From an uncultured Planctomycetaceae bacterium (lineage in GTDB: Bacteria > Planctomycetota > Phycisphaerae > SM23-33), in assembly GCA_964401385.1 (NCBI GenBank), contig CAYNYF010000009.1, positions 461 through 64,460 on the forward strand: 64,000 bases of DNA. Reading direction: 5' to 3'. The notes beneath the pieces are model-generated. The model worked only from the letters and a program-made list of their open reading frames with translations, searched no databases and had not been told where the DNA came from. The translations under genes and the position numbers were made by a program. This document shows positions 53,848 through 63,618 of this stretch, in pieces (position 1 is the stretch's first letter; every line of letters begins with the position of its first letter).

Positions 53848-55542
53848 ATGAAGCCTCTCTGGCCATGGGCTCTGATCTCGCTGGTTCCCGTGGCGATCGC
53901 CGCGTTTTGGGCGCTGCGTCGGCCGTTGCATCAACTGGTGCCGGTGTCGTCTCTTCGCCTGTGGCGGCAGGCGCTGGCGGCGCTGGGTCCGGCCGCGGCG
54001 AAGAGGTCCGGCCGCGTTTCCCCGGCCTGGCTGCTGCTGGTGGCGGGGGCGGCCTGCGCGGGCGTTGGGCTGTCCCGCCCGGTCTATTGGTCCGAGGCGC
54101 CGGCGCGCGAGATCGCCGTGGCGATTTACCCCTCGGCCGAATTGGCGGGCTTACCCGGCGGGGTGGCCGAGCCGGTCGAGGCGCTGCTGGACAGGCTGGA
54201 CCGGCGTGACCGCGTGCGGCTGATCCTGCCGAGCGTCCTCGGCGGCACCGGCGAGGCGGTGCGACCGGACGAGGCGGCTAGACGCGTCGGGCAGATCCTT
54301 CTCCTGCCCGTGCCGGCCGCGGAGCTTTCGCTGCCGGTCGGCGGCGACGACGTGCAGCACCTCTACCGCTTCGCCCCGGCCACGCTTGAGCTGAAGGACG
54401 GTCCGAGAAGCACCACCATCGCCCTGCCCGCCCACCCCGGAGATGTTACCATCGACGCCTTCGCCGTCGCCTCCGCGGGCGGGGGCGGTTCGGTCGAGGC
54501 GCTCGTGGCCCTGCGGAATCACACCGCCGCCCGGCGCCAGGGCGAGCTGCTGCTGGCCCGCCAGGCCGATCCGCCGCTGAAGCGCACCTACGACCTTCAG
54601 CCCGGGCGGCGCGAGGTGCTCCTGCCGCTGCCGAAGCTTCCCGGCGGCGGGGAGTATTACCGGGTGACCGTCCTCGGGCCGCCCGGCTCGGGCGCCAGCG
54701 CGTACGTCATCCCCCGCAGCTCGGCCGTCCGGCGGATTGCCATGGTCGGGCGGGACGATCCACTGATTCGTCGGTTCGTGCGCGCTCACCGCGGCCTGCG
54801 CCTGGCGGGCAGCGTCGCCGAGGCCGATGCCGCGATCGCCGTGGGGGTCGCCGCCCCGCCCGGCAAGCCCGCCTTGATCGTGGATCCGCCCGCCCCGCCG
54901 CCGCCCTGGCGAGCGGCCGGGCCCGTGGGCCCGCTGGCGCTCCGCGACGCCGACGTGCTCGAGGGGCACCCCTTGTTGGCCAATGTCGACCTGGCCGCGG
55001 TGGCCATCCGCCGGGCCGCCGGCTGGCAGGCCGACGCCGCGCCCGCCCAGGAGCGGCTCGTCAGCGCCGGCGCCAACGCCCTGATGCTGGCGGAGGCCGG
55101 CCCTCCGCGGGTGTATCTGGCCTTCGACCTGACCGCCGAGAACACCAACTTCGCCGTGGGCGAGTCCGTCTCGTTCGTGATTTTCATGGCCAACGTGATG
55201 AAGTATCTGCTGCCGGAGGCCCGGCCGGAGCTGAGCTACGAATCGGTCACGCCGCTGGAGGCCGGGTCGCGTCCGGACTGGAGGCGGCTGCCCGGGGACG
55301 GGGGCGCCGGCGCCGGCCCACTGCCGCGGCCGGGAATCTACCGCGATGAGTCCGGCCGGCACCACGCCGTCAGCCTGGTCGGCCTGCGGTCGGCCGAGCC
55401 GAAAACGCCCCCCGCCGAACGCATCGCTTCGCTCGCCCTGCCCGCGCCCGTTGCCTCGGCCGAGGCCGTGCAATTGTGGCCCGTGCTGCTGCTGGCCGCC
55501 GCCTTGCTCTGGCTGGCCGGCTGGACGGCTCGAACCCGCTAG
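53848..55542 (+). CDS. BatA-domain membrane-anchored protein
   Basis: PWALISLVPV...LRR...VSSLRLW N-terminus; C-terminal LWPVLLLAA TM. Confidence 0.7.
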   Translation: MKPLWPWALISLVPVAIAAFWALRRPLHQLVPVSSLRLWRQALAALGPAAAKRSGRVSPAWLLLVAGAACAGVGLSRPVYWSEAPAREIAVAIYPSAELAGLPGGVAEPVEALLDRLDRRDRVRLILPSVLGGTGEAVRPDEAARRVGQILLLPVPAAELSLPVGGDDVQHLYRFAPATLELKDGPRSTTIALPAHPGDVTIDAFAVASAGGGGSVEALVALRNHTAARRQGELLLARQADPPLKRTYDLQPGRREVLLPLPKLPGGGEYYRVTVLGPPGSGASAYVIPRSSAVRRIAMVGRDDPLIRRFVRAHRGLRLAGSVAEADAAIAVGVAAPPGKPALIVDPPAPPPPWRAAGPVGPLALRDADVLEGHPLLANVDLAAVAIRRAAGWQADAAPAQERLVSAGANALMLAEAGPPRVYLAFDLTAENTNFAVGESVSFVIFMANVMKYLLPEARPELSYESVTPLEAGSRPDWRRLPGDGGAGAGPLPRPGIYRDESGRHHAVSLVGLRSAEPKTPPAERIASLALPAPVASAEAVQLWPVLLLAAALLWLAGWTARTR

Positions 55543-55644
55543 CCGGAGCGCAGCAATCTTTGCACGGGGAACCCGCCCATGCCTGCCCGACGTCCCTGCC
55601 CGCCTGCTCGTCAGCCGGTAGGCGGGTTTCACGCTGGAATTCTA

Positions 55645-55732
55645 ACGAATTGCACGGATCAGGCGGAAATCGCTCAACAAGTAGGATGCCATTCGTGAAA
55701 TTCGTCATAATTCGTGCAATTCGTGGACTCCC
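55645..55732. repeat. ATTCGT-unit intergenic repeat element with inverted arms
   Basis: ATTCGT at 55691, 55700, 55710 and 55719; inverted arm ACGAATTGCACGGAT at 55645; 15-bp match to 63554-63568. Confidence 0.6.
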
Positions 55733-55855
55733 TCCGGCCGCGCGGGCGCATCCTGGCATCGTGGCAATGTGAAACCATTCCCTTGACCGGCTTGGCGCTC
55801 ACCAGCGGCGTCGCCCGCTGGACAACCCCCGCCGCCGCGGGTAGTGTTTTCGGTC

Positions 55856-56866
55856 ATGGAAATGATCGCCATCATCGGCGACGGGGCCATGGGGACCGTC
55901 TGTAGCAAGCTGCTCGCGGAGAAGGGGTTCTCTGTCCGCATGTGGACGCCGTTCGCGGACAACGCCGCCGCCCTGGCGTCGGCGCGCGAGAACCGGCGCT
56001 TCCTGCCGGGCGTCAAGCTGCCGGCGGAGTTGCGGATCGTCACCGACCCGGCCGAGGCGTTCGTGGACGCGAAGCTGGCGCTGTCGGCCGTGCCCTGCCA
56101 GTTCATCCGCGCCTGGTGGCGGCATCTCAAGCCGCACTATCCGGGCGGCATCCCGATCTGCTCGGCGACGAAAGGCATCGAGAACAACACGCTGCTTCGG
56201 GCCACGCAGATCCTGGCCGAGGTCCTGACCGGCTCGGCCGACGGCGACGTGCCGCTGACCGTGCTGTCCGGGCCGTGCATCGCCCGCGAGGTGGCGGCCG
56301 GGCTTCCCGCCACCGTCGTCGCCGCCTCCAGCCGGCGCGACCTCGCCGCTTCCGTACAGCGGACCTTCACCACCGGCCGCTTCCGCGTTTACACGAACCC
56401 GGACCTGATCGGCGTCGAGCTGGCCGGCGCGACCAAGAACATCATCGCCATCGCCGCCGGCATCCTCGACGGGCTACGGGCGGGCGACAACGCCAAGGCC
56501 GCTCTGCTCACCCGCGGGCTGGCGGAGATCACCCGGCTGGGCGCCGCCCTCGGCGGGCGCCGCGAGACCTTCGCCGGGCTGGCCGGCCTGGGCGACCTGG
56601 TCACGACCTGCGTCAGCCCCCATGGGCGAAACCGCAGCTTCGGGGAATTCATCGGCGTCGGCAAGACCCGGCAGGAGGCCCTTGATTCCATCGCCGGTGA
56701 AGTCGAAGGCGTCGCCACGACGAAGAGCGTGCTCGACCTCGCCCGGCGGCACGGCGTTGAAATGCCGATCACGCAAGCGGTTCACGCCGTGGTTTTCGAC
56801 GGTCAGAAGCCGGACCAGGCGATCACCGAACTCATGTCCCGCTCGCTCAAGGGCGAAATTGACTGA
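55856..56866 (+). CDS. gpsA: NAD(P)H-dependent glycerol-3-phosphate dehydrogenase
   Basis: GDGAMG, TKGIE, LSGP, KNIIAIAAG, GLGDLVTTC, RNR. Confidence 0.95.
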   Translation: MEMIAIIGDGAMGTVCSKLLAEKGFSVRMWTPFADNAAALASARENRRFLPGVKLPAELRIVTDPAEAFVDAKLALSAVPCQFIRAWWRHLKPHYPGGIPICSATKGIENNTLLRATQILAEVLTGSADGDVPLTVLSGPCIAREVAAGLPATVVAASSRRDLAASVQRTFTTGRFRVYTNPDLIGVELAGATKNIIAIAAGILDGLRAGDNAKAALLTRGLAEITRLGAALGGRRETFAGLAGLGDLVTTCVSPHGRNRSFGEFIGVGKTRQEALDSIAGEVEGVATTKSVLDLARRHGVEMPITQAVHAVVFDGQKPDQAITELMSRSLKGEID

Positions 56867-56962
56867 CCCCAGCGGCCGCCCTGGCCAACAGACCATCTGA
56901 ACGCGCAAGGCCGAGCACGCGGTGGACCTTCAGACGGGTGCTGCCGGCTGTTGCGGGAGGGC

Positions 56963-59182
56963 TCAATCATCCATGGGCGGCTCGGGCAGTCCCGCCACCG
57001 GCAGGCCGGCGGCGGCGGCGTAGGAGCGGATCACCTCGCCCAAGGCGTCGCGCCAGGCGGGCAGGGCGATGCTCTCTTCCGGGGCGATCATGTAGGAAAG
57101 ATCCGCCCGGCGGTCGGCGAAGTGGTCCTTCACGTCGTCCATCACGTGGAAGAACTCCCTGCCGCCTGCGGGGGCGTTCTTGGGGAATTGCGACTTCTCC
57201 CAGACGGTTTTGAGCCGCTCGAACGTGGCGTACAGGTCGTCGATCGTCGCGCCGATAAGTTCGTGTGCCCGGACCATCAATCCGACGGCCTGGGCGGCCC
57301 GGCCGGCCTTGGCGGCGGCGGAGGCCTGCCCCAGCAGCCTCTCGGCGGCGGCCACGGCCGAGAGCATCTCCAGAAAGTGCCGCACGAAATACGCCAGCGA
57401 CAGCAGCACCTCCAGGTTGTAGCGGTTTCGCCGCGCCCGCGGCAGGTTGGCCTGAAGCCGCCCGATCAGCCGGTCGCTCTGGCCCAGCCGCCCGGGCAGC
57501 TCGGCCAGCATCCGCTCGTACCGCGAGGTAAAGGCCGGCGTGAAGCCCAGGTCCGGCGGAGCCCCCGAGTCGCGGTCCACCGGCCCCAGCCGCGGCAGCC
57601 CCGGCGGAAGCAGCGTCCAGTCGGTCCGGTTCACCGGTTGCTTGGCCGCCGAGTAGCCGTAGCCCGGCCCGCGGACCTTCGACGCCCGATGGTCCCAGCA
57701 GAACTCCCAGAAGCGCGCCTGCTGCTGGAGGTCGCGGTAGACCTCGACCATGTCGGCGAGCTCGCGCCCGTAGTAGACGTCCATGAAGTCGGCGACGTTC
57801 TGCTCGATGCTCGCCGCCCCGGGCGTCCAGCCGCCCTGGGCCATGGCCGCGAAGCCCAGCCAGAAGGTCTCGTTGTGCAGCCCGGCGTCGTCCCAGGCGG
57901 TCACCAGGGCGCCGATGGGATTGCCGCGTGCGGCCTTGCCGGTGGTGGTGGCCTCCAGCGCCGCCGCCAGCCGGCCGGAAGTCCGCCGCCCGTCGCGGTC
58001 CGGGTAGGCGAAGTAGTTGGGAAAGAGCTTCTCCTCGCCCTGGATGGGGCAGTAGGCGAACTGGCGGATGCCGAGGGCGTTTTCGTCCTCGACGAAGCCG
58101 GGGTCGCCGCCGTCGCCGATGATGCCGTCGAGGATGTCCGGCGGCAGCAGCTTGACGTGCTCCGGCAGCAGCGGGTACTCGGCCCAGATGATGACGCGCC
58201 GGCCCTTCTTGGACAGATGGGCGTGGGCGGCCTGGACGAAGTCCACCCAGGTCAGCGAGCGGTTGGTCGGGTTGTACGGCTTGCGGTACTTCCGGCAGAT
58301 GCCGGCGTAGTAGACCTCGTCGGTGGAGGCGTGGAAGTATTCCACGCCCTCGGTGGCCTCGCAGACGTCGTCGTACATGTCGAAGATGAGCTTGCGGACC
58401 TCGGGGGCGTCCATGCAGGACTGATAGTTGCTGCCGTCGCAGCGGAGGTGCGCGAATTCAGGGTGCTTGAGCACGTAGCACATGTGGGCGGGGGCCTGCA
58501 CGTTGGGGACGATCTGCACGTAGCGGGCCAGGCCGTAGGCGACCAGCTCCCGCATCTGAGCGGTGGTGAACGCACCGGGTGCGCCGATGACCGGGTGGGA
58601 GGGATATTGAAACTTATCCTCCAGCTCGAAGCAGATGGCGTTGCACTTGAACGCGGCCGTCCAGTCCAGGTATCGCTTGAGCGTTTCCACGCGGTCCCGG
58701 TGGTGCTTGGTGTCCCAGTGGATCATGCGGAGCTGGTATCGCGGCCAGTCGCGTATGACCCCTTCCGGCAGCACGCCCCGCCGGCGGCCGTCGCCGGCCA
58801 GCAGTTGCAGCAGCGTCTGGACGCCGTAGAAAAGCCCGGCCGGGGAGTTGCCGGCCACCTCGACGCGGTCCGGGGCGACCGTCAGCACGTACCCCTGGCG
58901 GTCGATCTCCGCTTCGGCGCCGGTCTGCACCGCGGCCGGCCGGACGGTGAGGTGAATCGTCCCGCCGCCGGCGCCGGCGAGGGTCAGCTCGTATTCAGCG
59001 CGGAGCCGGCCGGTCAGTGTCCGGACGGCGATGTCCTCGGCGTCGACGTCGTGCGTCACCCGCCAGCCGGCGTCGATTCGCACGGCCTCCTCGCCCAGCT
59101 CCACCTGCCGGGGGGCGGGCAGCACCGCGTATCCGCGGGCGCGCAGCTCGGTGACAAACTGGCCGCGATCGTCTGCACTCAT
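56963..59182 (-). CDS. GH20-family glycoside hydrolase (beta-N-acetylhexosaminidase-like)
   Basis: GLFYGVQTLLQL, IRDWPRYQLR, FHASTDEV (DE pair); AGGAG RBS. Confidence 0.8.
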   Translation of the reverse strand: MSADDRGQFVTELRARGYAVLPAPRQVELGEEAVRIDAGWRVTHDVDAEDIAVRTLTGRLRAEYELTLAGAGGGTIHLTVRPAAVQTGAEAEIDRQGYVLTVAPDRVEVAGNSPAGLFYGVQTLLQLLAGDGRRRGVLPEGVIRDWPRYQLRMIHWDTKHHRDRVETLKRYLDWTAAFKCNAICFELEDKFQYPSHPVIGAPGAFTTAQMRELVAYGLARYVQIVPNVQAPAHMCYVLKHPEFAHLRCDGSNYQSCMDAPEVRKLIFDMYDDVCEATEGVEYFHASTDEVYYAGICRKYRKPYNPTNRSLTWVDFVQAAHAHLSKKGRRVIIWAEYPLLPEHVKLLPPDILDGIIGDGGDPGFVEDENALGIRQFAYCPIQGEEKLFPNYFAYPDRDGRRTSGRLAAALEATTTGKAARGNPIGALVTAWDDAGLHNETFWLGFAAMAQGGWTPGAASIEQNVADFMDVYYGRELADMVEVYRDLQQQARFWEFCWDHRASKVRGPGYGYSAAKQPVNRTDWTLLPPGLPRLGPVDRDSGAPPDLGFTPAFTSRYERMLAELPGRLGQSDRLIGRLQANLPRARRNRYNLEVLLSLAYFVRHFLEMLSAVAAAERLLGQASAAAKAGRAAQAVGLMVRAHELIGATIDDLYATFERLKTVWEKSQFPKNAPAGGREFFHVMDDVKDHFADRRADLSYMIAPEESIALPAWRDALGEVIRSYAAAAGLPVAGLPEPPMDD

Positions 59183-59304
59183 GCGAACTCTCCTGTAGAA
59201 GTCGGCCAATCCCTACTGCGCAGCGCCGCCCGCCGCAACATTTTTGTGGAGGTGGGGCCCGGCGGCTCGCTCGCGCCGCCCGGCCGAGGGGCGAGTCGAG
59301 CGGC

Positions 59305-60987
59305 TCAGGCGAGCTGGGCGTCGGCGAGCTGCTGCCGGCGAAGCACCTCTCGCGACAGCAGCCGATCCACCGGGCCAAGCTCCAGCATGCCCACCAGCCG
59401 CCCGCCGTCCTCCTCCGAGACCACGGGCAGGTAGTCCAACCCCTGCTCGCGCATCTTCATGACCGCCTCGGCCAGGGGCGTGCCTTCGGTGACCGTCTCC
59501 GGCGGCGGCACCATCAGGTCGGAGGCCACCAGCCAGTCGGCGATCGCCTGTGCCCCCAGCCCGTCCTTCAGCTCCCGGACGGTGATGACCCCCGCCAGCC
59601 CGCGCCGCCCGTCCAGGACGGGGTAATGCATGGCGTCGGTCTCGGCGATGGTCCCGGCGATCTCGGCGAAGGTCGCCCCCTCGGCAAAGGAGGGGCAGTC
59701 GCGGTTGACGACCTGGGCAACGGAGTAGGTGCGCATGAGATCCTCTTTGGTGACGTTGAGCCCGACCTCCCCGGCCCGCTTGACGGCGAACCGGACGAAG
59801 GGCGGCCCGATCATCTCCAGCACGAGCGTGGTGACGGCGATCACGGTGACGATGGCGTTGCCGATCTGGCCGCCGAAACGCTCGCTGGCAACCAGCGACA
59901 GGCCCACCACCACGCCGGCCTGGCAAAACAGCGACAGCCCCAGGTACTTCCGCACCGCCCTGACGGCTCCGCCCAGACGCGCCCCCAGGTTGGCCCCGAG
60001 GACCTTGCCCGAGACAAAGCCGAGAAGGTACGGCACCACCAGCGCCAGCATCCACAACGGCATCCCCCGGACGTGGATGTGGGCCCCCACCATGACGAAG
60101 AACAGCACGTACACCGGCGGGGCGAAACGCCGCACCACCTCGAAGGCCGATTTGCTGCGGCGGGGGGCGAGGTTCGCCAGCGTCGCCCCCAGCGCCATCG
60201 GCGCCAGGATGGTGTCCACCTTCGCCACCACCCCCACCCCGATCGTCAACAGCAGCGTGGAGATGATAAAGGGGAAGACCTTTTCCGGGTCGCGGGCCCG
60301 GCGGAGGATGAAGTTCAGGGTAAATCCCGCCGCCACGCCCAAAACCACCGCCCCGCCCAGCTCCCACGCCGACCGGCCCAGGGCGAGCAAGGTTCCCCCG
60401 CCGCCGCCGGTCAGCCCGCTGACGACGCTGATGCCCACGCTGAACAGGGCGATTGCCAGGGCGTCGTCCAGGGCGACGATGGCGTAGATGGCCCGCGTCA
60501 GCGGGCCGCGCGTCTTGTACTCCCACAGCACGTTCACCGTCGCGGCCGGCGCCGTCGCCGAGGACAGCGTTCCGAATATGATCCCCAGCGCCACCGCCGT
60601 GATCGGATCCGTCACCAGCATGGCCGTCGCCCCCACCAGCACCGTGACGAACAAGAACGCGCCCATGCCCTCGGCGAACAGGATCTTCAGCAACTGCCCG
60701 CCGTGCTTTTTGAAGACCTCTCGCCGCAGCTCCCCGCCGATCATGAAGCCGATCACGCCCAGGGCAAAGGAGTTGAACGGCAGCAGATGCTGGATTGCCG
60801 TGTCCCCGACCAGCCCCAGACCCGAGCGGCCGATCAGCAGGCCGATGGCAATATAGGCAACAACCTGCGGGATTCGCAGCCGCTGGAACAGCCCCGCCCC
60901 GCTGGTGCCGGCGAAGATCGCAAAGCCGATCACCAACAGCATCGGCAGATGCAGAGAATCAAGAAATGCAATCGCTGACCAAGCCAT
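59305..60987 (-). CDS. Cation:proton antiporter (CPA2-like) with C-terminal CBS pair, copy 2
   Basis: Multi-TM, ATAPAAT, VALDDA, QAGV, CBS domains. Confidence 0.9.
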   Translation of the reverse strand: MAWSAIAFLDSLHLPMLLVIGFAIFAGTSGAGLFQRLRIPQVVAYIAIGLLIGRSGLGLVGDTAIQHLLPFNSFALGVIGFMIGGELRREVFKKHGGQLLKILFAEGMGAFLFVTVLVGATAMLVTDPITAVALGIIFGTLSSATAPAATVNVLWEYKTRGPLTRAIYAIVALDDALAIALFSVGISVVSGLTGGGGGTLLALGRSAWELGGAVVLGVAAGFTLNFILRRARDPEKVFPFIISTLLLTIGVGVVAKVDTILAPMALGATLANLAPRRSKSAFEVVRRFAPPVYVLFFVMVGAHIHVRGMPLWMLALVVPYLLGFVSGKVLGANLGARLGGAVRAVRKYLGLSLFCQAGVVVGLSLVASERFGGQIGNAIVTVIAVTTLVLEMIGPPFVRFAVKRAGEVGLNVTKEDLMRTYSVAQVVNRDCPSFAEGATFAEIAGTIAETDAMHYPVLDGRRGLAGVITVRELKDGLGAQAIADWLVASDLMVPPPETVTEGTPLAEAVMKMREQGLDYLPVVSEEDGGRLVGMLELGPVDRLLSREVLRRQQLADAQLA

Positions 60988-61168
60988 GGGTCGGTCTCGC
61001 CGGCCGCCCCTGCGCTCGCAGCCAATGCGTGTATCGGCACACGAGCGGCCGTATGTGACTGGAACGTCGGACATTGTACTGCGCTGGCGGGCAAAGGCCC
61101 ACCGCCGCGGACCGCCGGCGGCGACTTTTCCTGCGGATGCGCCGCCGCCGGGAAAGACCCCCACCGGC

Positions 61169-62854
61169 TCAGGCGAGCTGGGCGTCGGCCAGTTGCTGCC
61201 GGCGAAGCACCTCGCTGGAGAGCATGCGATCGACCGCGCGCAGCTCCAGCATGCCCACCAGCTTGGCGTCGCCGTCGCCGGCCACGACGGGCAGGTAGTC
61301 CAGCCCCTGCTCGCGCATCTTTATGACCGCCTCGGCCAGCGGCGAACCCTGGCTGACCGTGTCCGGCACCGGCCCCATCAGGTCGGACGCCACCAACCAG
61401 TCGGCCAGCCCCCGCGCCGCCAGCCCGTTTTTGAGTTCCTGAAGCGCAATCACGCCGGTGAGACCCCCGGCGGCGTCGACGACGGGATAGTGCATGGCGT
61501 CGGTCTCGGCGATGGTGCGCGTGATCTCGGGCAGGGTGACGGCCTCGAGGAACGACGGCGAGTCGCGGTCCATCGCCTCGCCGACGGTGTAGGAAGCCAT
61601 CAGCTCCTCCTTGGTGACGTTCAGCCCGACCTCCCCGGCCCGCTGGACGGCGAGCTTTACGAACGGCGGTCCGATGAGCTCCACGATCAAGGTGGTGACG
61701 GCGATGATCATGATAATGGCGCTGCCGATCTCGCCGGAGAACCGCTGGCTGGCCACCAGCGACAGGCCCACGGCCACGCCGGCCTGGCAGAACAGGCTCA
61801 TCCCCAGATACTTCTGCACCGTTTTCGCCGCCCGGGCCCGGCGGGCGCCGAAGTTGGCCCCGAGCATTTTTCCGGCGGAGCGCCCGACCACGTACGGCAG
61901 CGTCAGGGCCCACATCCAGGCCGGCATCGTCTGGAGGTGAAGGTGCGCCCCCACCAGGACGAAGAACAGCACGTACACCGGCGGGGCGAAACGCCGCACC
62001 GCCTCGAAGGCCGATTTGCTGCGGCGCGGGGCCAGGTTCGCCAGCGTAACCCCCAGCGCCATGGCCGCCAGGATCCCGTCCAGCTTTAGCAGGGCGGCGA
62101 TGCCGATGGTCAGCAGCACCATGGACAGGATGAAGGGGAAGGCCTTCTCCGCGTCGCGGGCGCGGCGGAGGGCGAAGTTGAGGGCTCCCCCCGTGGCCGC
62201 CCCCAGCGCCACCGCCCCGGCCAGCTCCCACGCCACCTGTGCCGCTGCCGTCAGCGCGCCGCCGGGCGCCTGCCCCATCAGCCGCGTGACCAGGCTGACG
62301 CACACGACGAACAGGATCAGCGCCAGGGCGTCGTCCAGGGCGACGATGGCGTAGATGGCCCGGGTCAGCGGGCCGCGGGTCTTGTACTCCCACAGCACGT
62401 TCACCGTCGCCGCCGGCGCCGTCGCCGAGGACAGCGCACCGAACATGAGGCCCAGGGCCACGGCGGTCATCGCGTCCGTCAGCAGCAGCGCCGTCGCCCC
62501 CACCAGCAGACCCACGACCAGGAACGCGCCCATGCCCTCGGCCAGGAGGATTTTGAAAAACTGCCTGCCGTGCTTTCTGAGGACGTCGCGCCGCAGCTCC
62601 CCGCCGATCATGAAGCCGATCACGCCCAGGGCAAAGGAGTTGAACGGTTCGAGGCTCTTGATGGCTTCTGCGTCGATGAATCCGAACCCCGAGCGGCCGA
62701 TCAGCAGGCCGATGACGATGTACCCGACCACCTGGGGAATGCGCAGCCGCTGAAAGAGTCTCGCCCCCACGGTGCCGGCGAAGATGGCAAAGCCTACCAC
62801 CAGCAGGATGGGAATGTGCGAGAAGCTCAGGAACGTGGCCAAAGCCGCGCTCAT
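61169..62854 (-). CDS. Cation:proton antiporter (CPA2-like) with C-terminal CBS pair, copy 1
   Basis: Close paralog of the downstream gene with the same motifs. Confidence 0.9.
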   Translation of the reverse strand: MSAALATFLSFSHIPILLVVGFAIFAGTVGARLFQRLRIPQVVGYIVIGLLIGRSGFGFIDAEAIKSLEPFNSFALGVIGFMIGGELRRDVLRKHGRQFFKILLAEGMGAFLVVGLLVGATALLLTDAMTAVALGLMFGALSSATAPAATVNVLWEYKTRGPLTRAIYAIVALDDALALILFVVCVSLVTRLMGQAPGGALTAAAQVAWELAGAVALGAATGGALNFALRRARDAEKAFPFILSMVLLTIGIAALLKLDGILAAMALGVTLANLAPRRSKSAFEAVRRFAPPVYVLFFVLVGAHLHLQTMPAWMWALTLPYVVGRSAGKMLGANFGARRARAAKTVQKYLGMSLFCQAGVAVGLSLVASQRFSGEIGSAIIMIIAVTTLIVELIGPPFVKLAVQRAGEVGLNVTKEELMASYTVGEAMDRDSPSFLEAVTLPEITRTIAETDAMHYPVVDAAGGLTGVIALQELKNGLAARGLADWLVASDLMGPVPDTVSQGSPLAEAVIKMREQGLDYLPVVAGDGDAKLVGMLELRAVDRMLSSEVLRRQQLADAQLA

Positions 62855-63049
62855 GCCCCGACCTCGGTGGAAGTCATTCTAGTCGCGGGCGATTCGTCCA
62901 CTCTGCGGCCGGAGCCGCACACCGTCTTATCCGTCACCACTGCAACCATTGTCATAAGCCACCGGGGTCGCCCGGCCTGCGGCAGCCGGCCGAGTCAACT
63001 CCGGCTCGGACATCCGCTGCCGCTCCATCGCGGGCACGACAAACCAACC

Positions 63050-63079
63050 ATTATAGGGCATCTGCGGCCGGCGGGGCAA
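63050..63079 (-). promoter_or_regulatory. Sigma70-like promoter for the antiporter pair
   Basis: TTGCCC-N18-TATAAT. Confidence 0.55.
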
Positions 63080-63098
63080 TGCCCGGCCGAGCGCCGCG

Positions 63099-63524
63099 CT
63101 ATCCCTGGTCCGCTTCCGGGCGGGCCTCGCGCAGGCGCTTGACCCGGCCGCGGCGCTTCTTGCTTTGCAGACGGCGCTGCCGGCTGGCGGGCGTGGGCCT
63201 GGTGGGGATGCGCTTCTTCGGGCGCCTGGCGGCCGAGCGGATCAGCCCCGCCAGCCGGGTCATGGCGTCGAGCCGGTTGGCCTTCTGGCTGCGGTGGCGG
63301 CGGGCGTCGATCACCAGCACGCCGTCGCTGCTGATCCGCTTTCCGGCCAGCCGCCTCAGCCGGCGCTTGACCTCATCCGGCAGCGAGGGCGAGCCGGCCA
63401 CGTCGAACCGCAACTGCACGGCCGTGGAAACCTTGTTGACCTTCTGCCCGCCCGGGCCCGAAGCCCGCACGAACACCAGCTCGACCTCGTCGGCCTCGAT
63501 CGAAATGCCGCCGCCGATGTCCAT
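63099..63524 (-). CDS. arfB: Alternative ribosome rescue factor ArfB
   Basis: RASGPGGQKVNKVSTAVQLRF; basic tail KKRIPTRPT...KKRRG. Confidence 0.92.
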   Translation of the reverse strand: MDIGGGISIEADEVELVFVRASGPGGQKVNKVSTAVQLRFDVAGSPSLPDEVKRRLRRLAGKRISSDGVLVIDARRHRSQKANRLDAMTRLAGLIRSAARRPKKRIPTRPTPASRQRRLQSKKRRGRVKRLREARPEADQG

Positions 63525-63553
63525 CACATAACCATTCTTCGGCATGCCGGCGG

Positions 63554-63584
63554 GGGAGTCCACGAATTACACCAATTACACGAA
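63554..63584. repeat. Partial second copy of the ATTCGT-unit element (inverted)
   Basis: GGGAGTCCACGAATTACACCAATTACACGAA. Confidence 0.55.
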
Positions 63585-63618
63585 ACGCCAACGGCCTCAT
63601 CGCCTTGAGCGAGTCCGC

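Noticed and set aside
56951-59434. 827-aa plus-strand ORF
   Set aside because: Antisense shadow of the GH20 gene.
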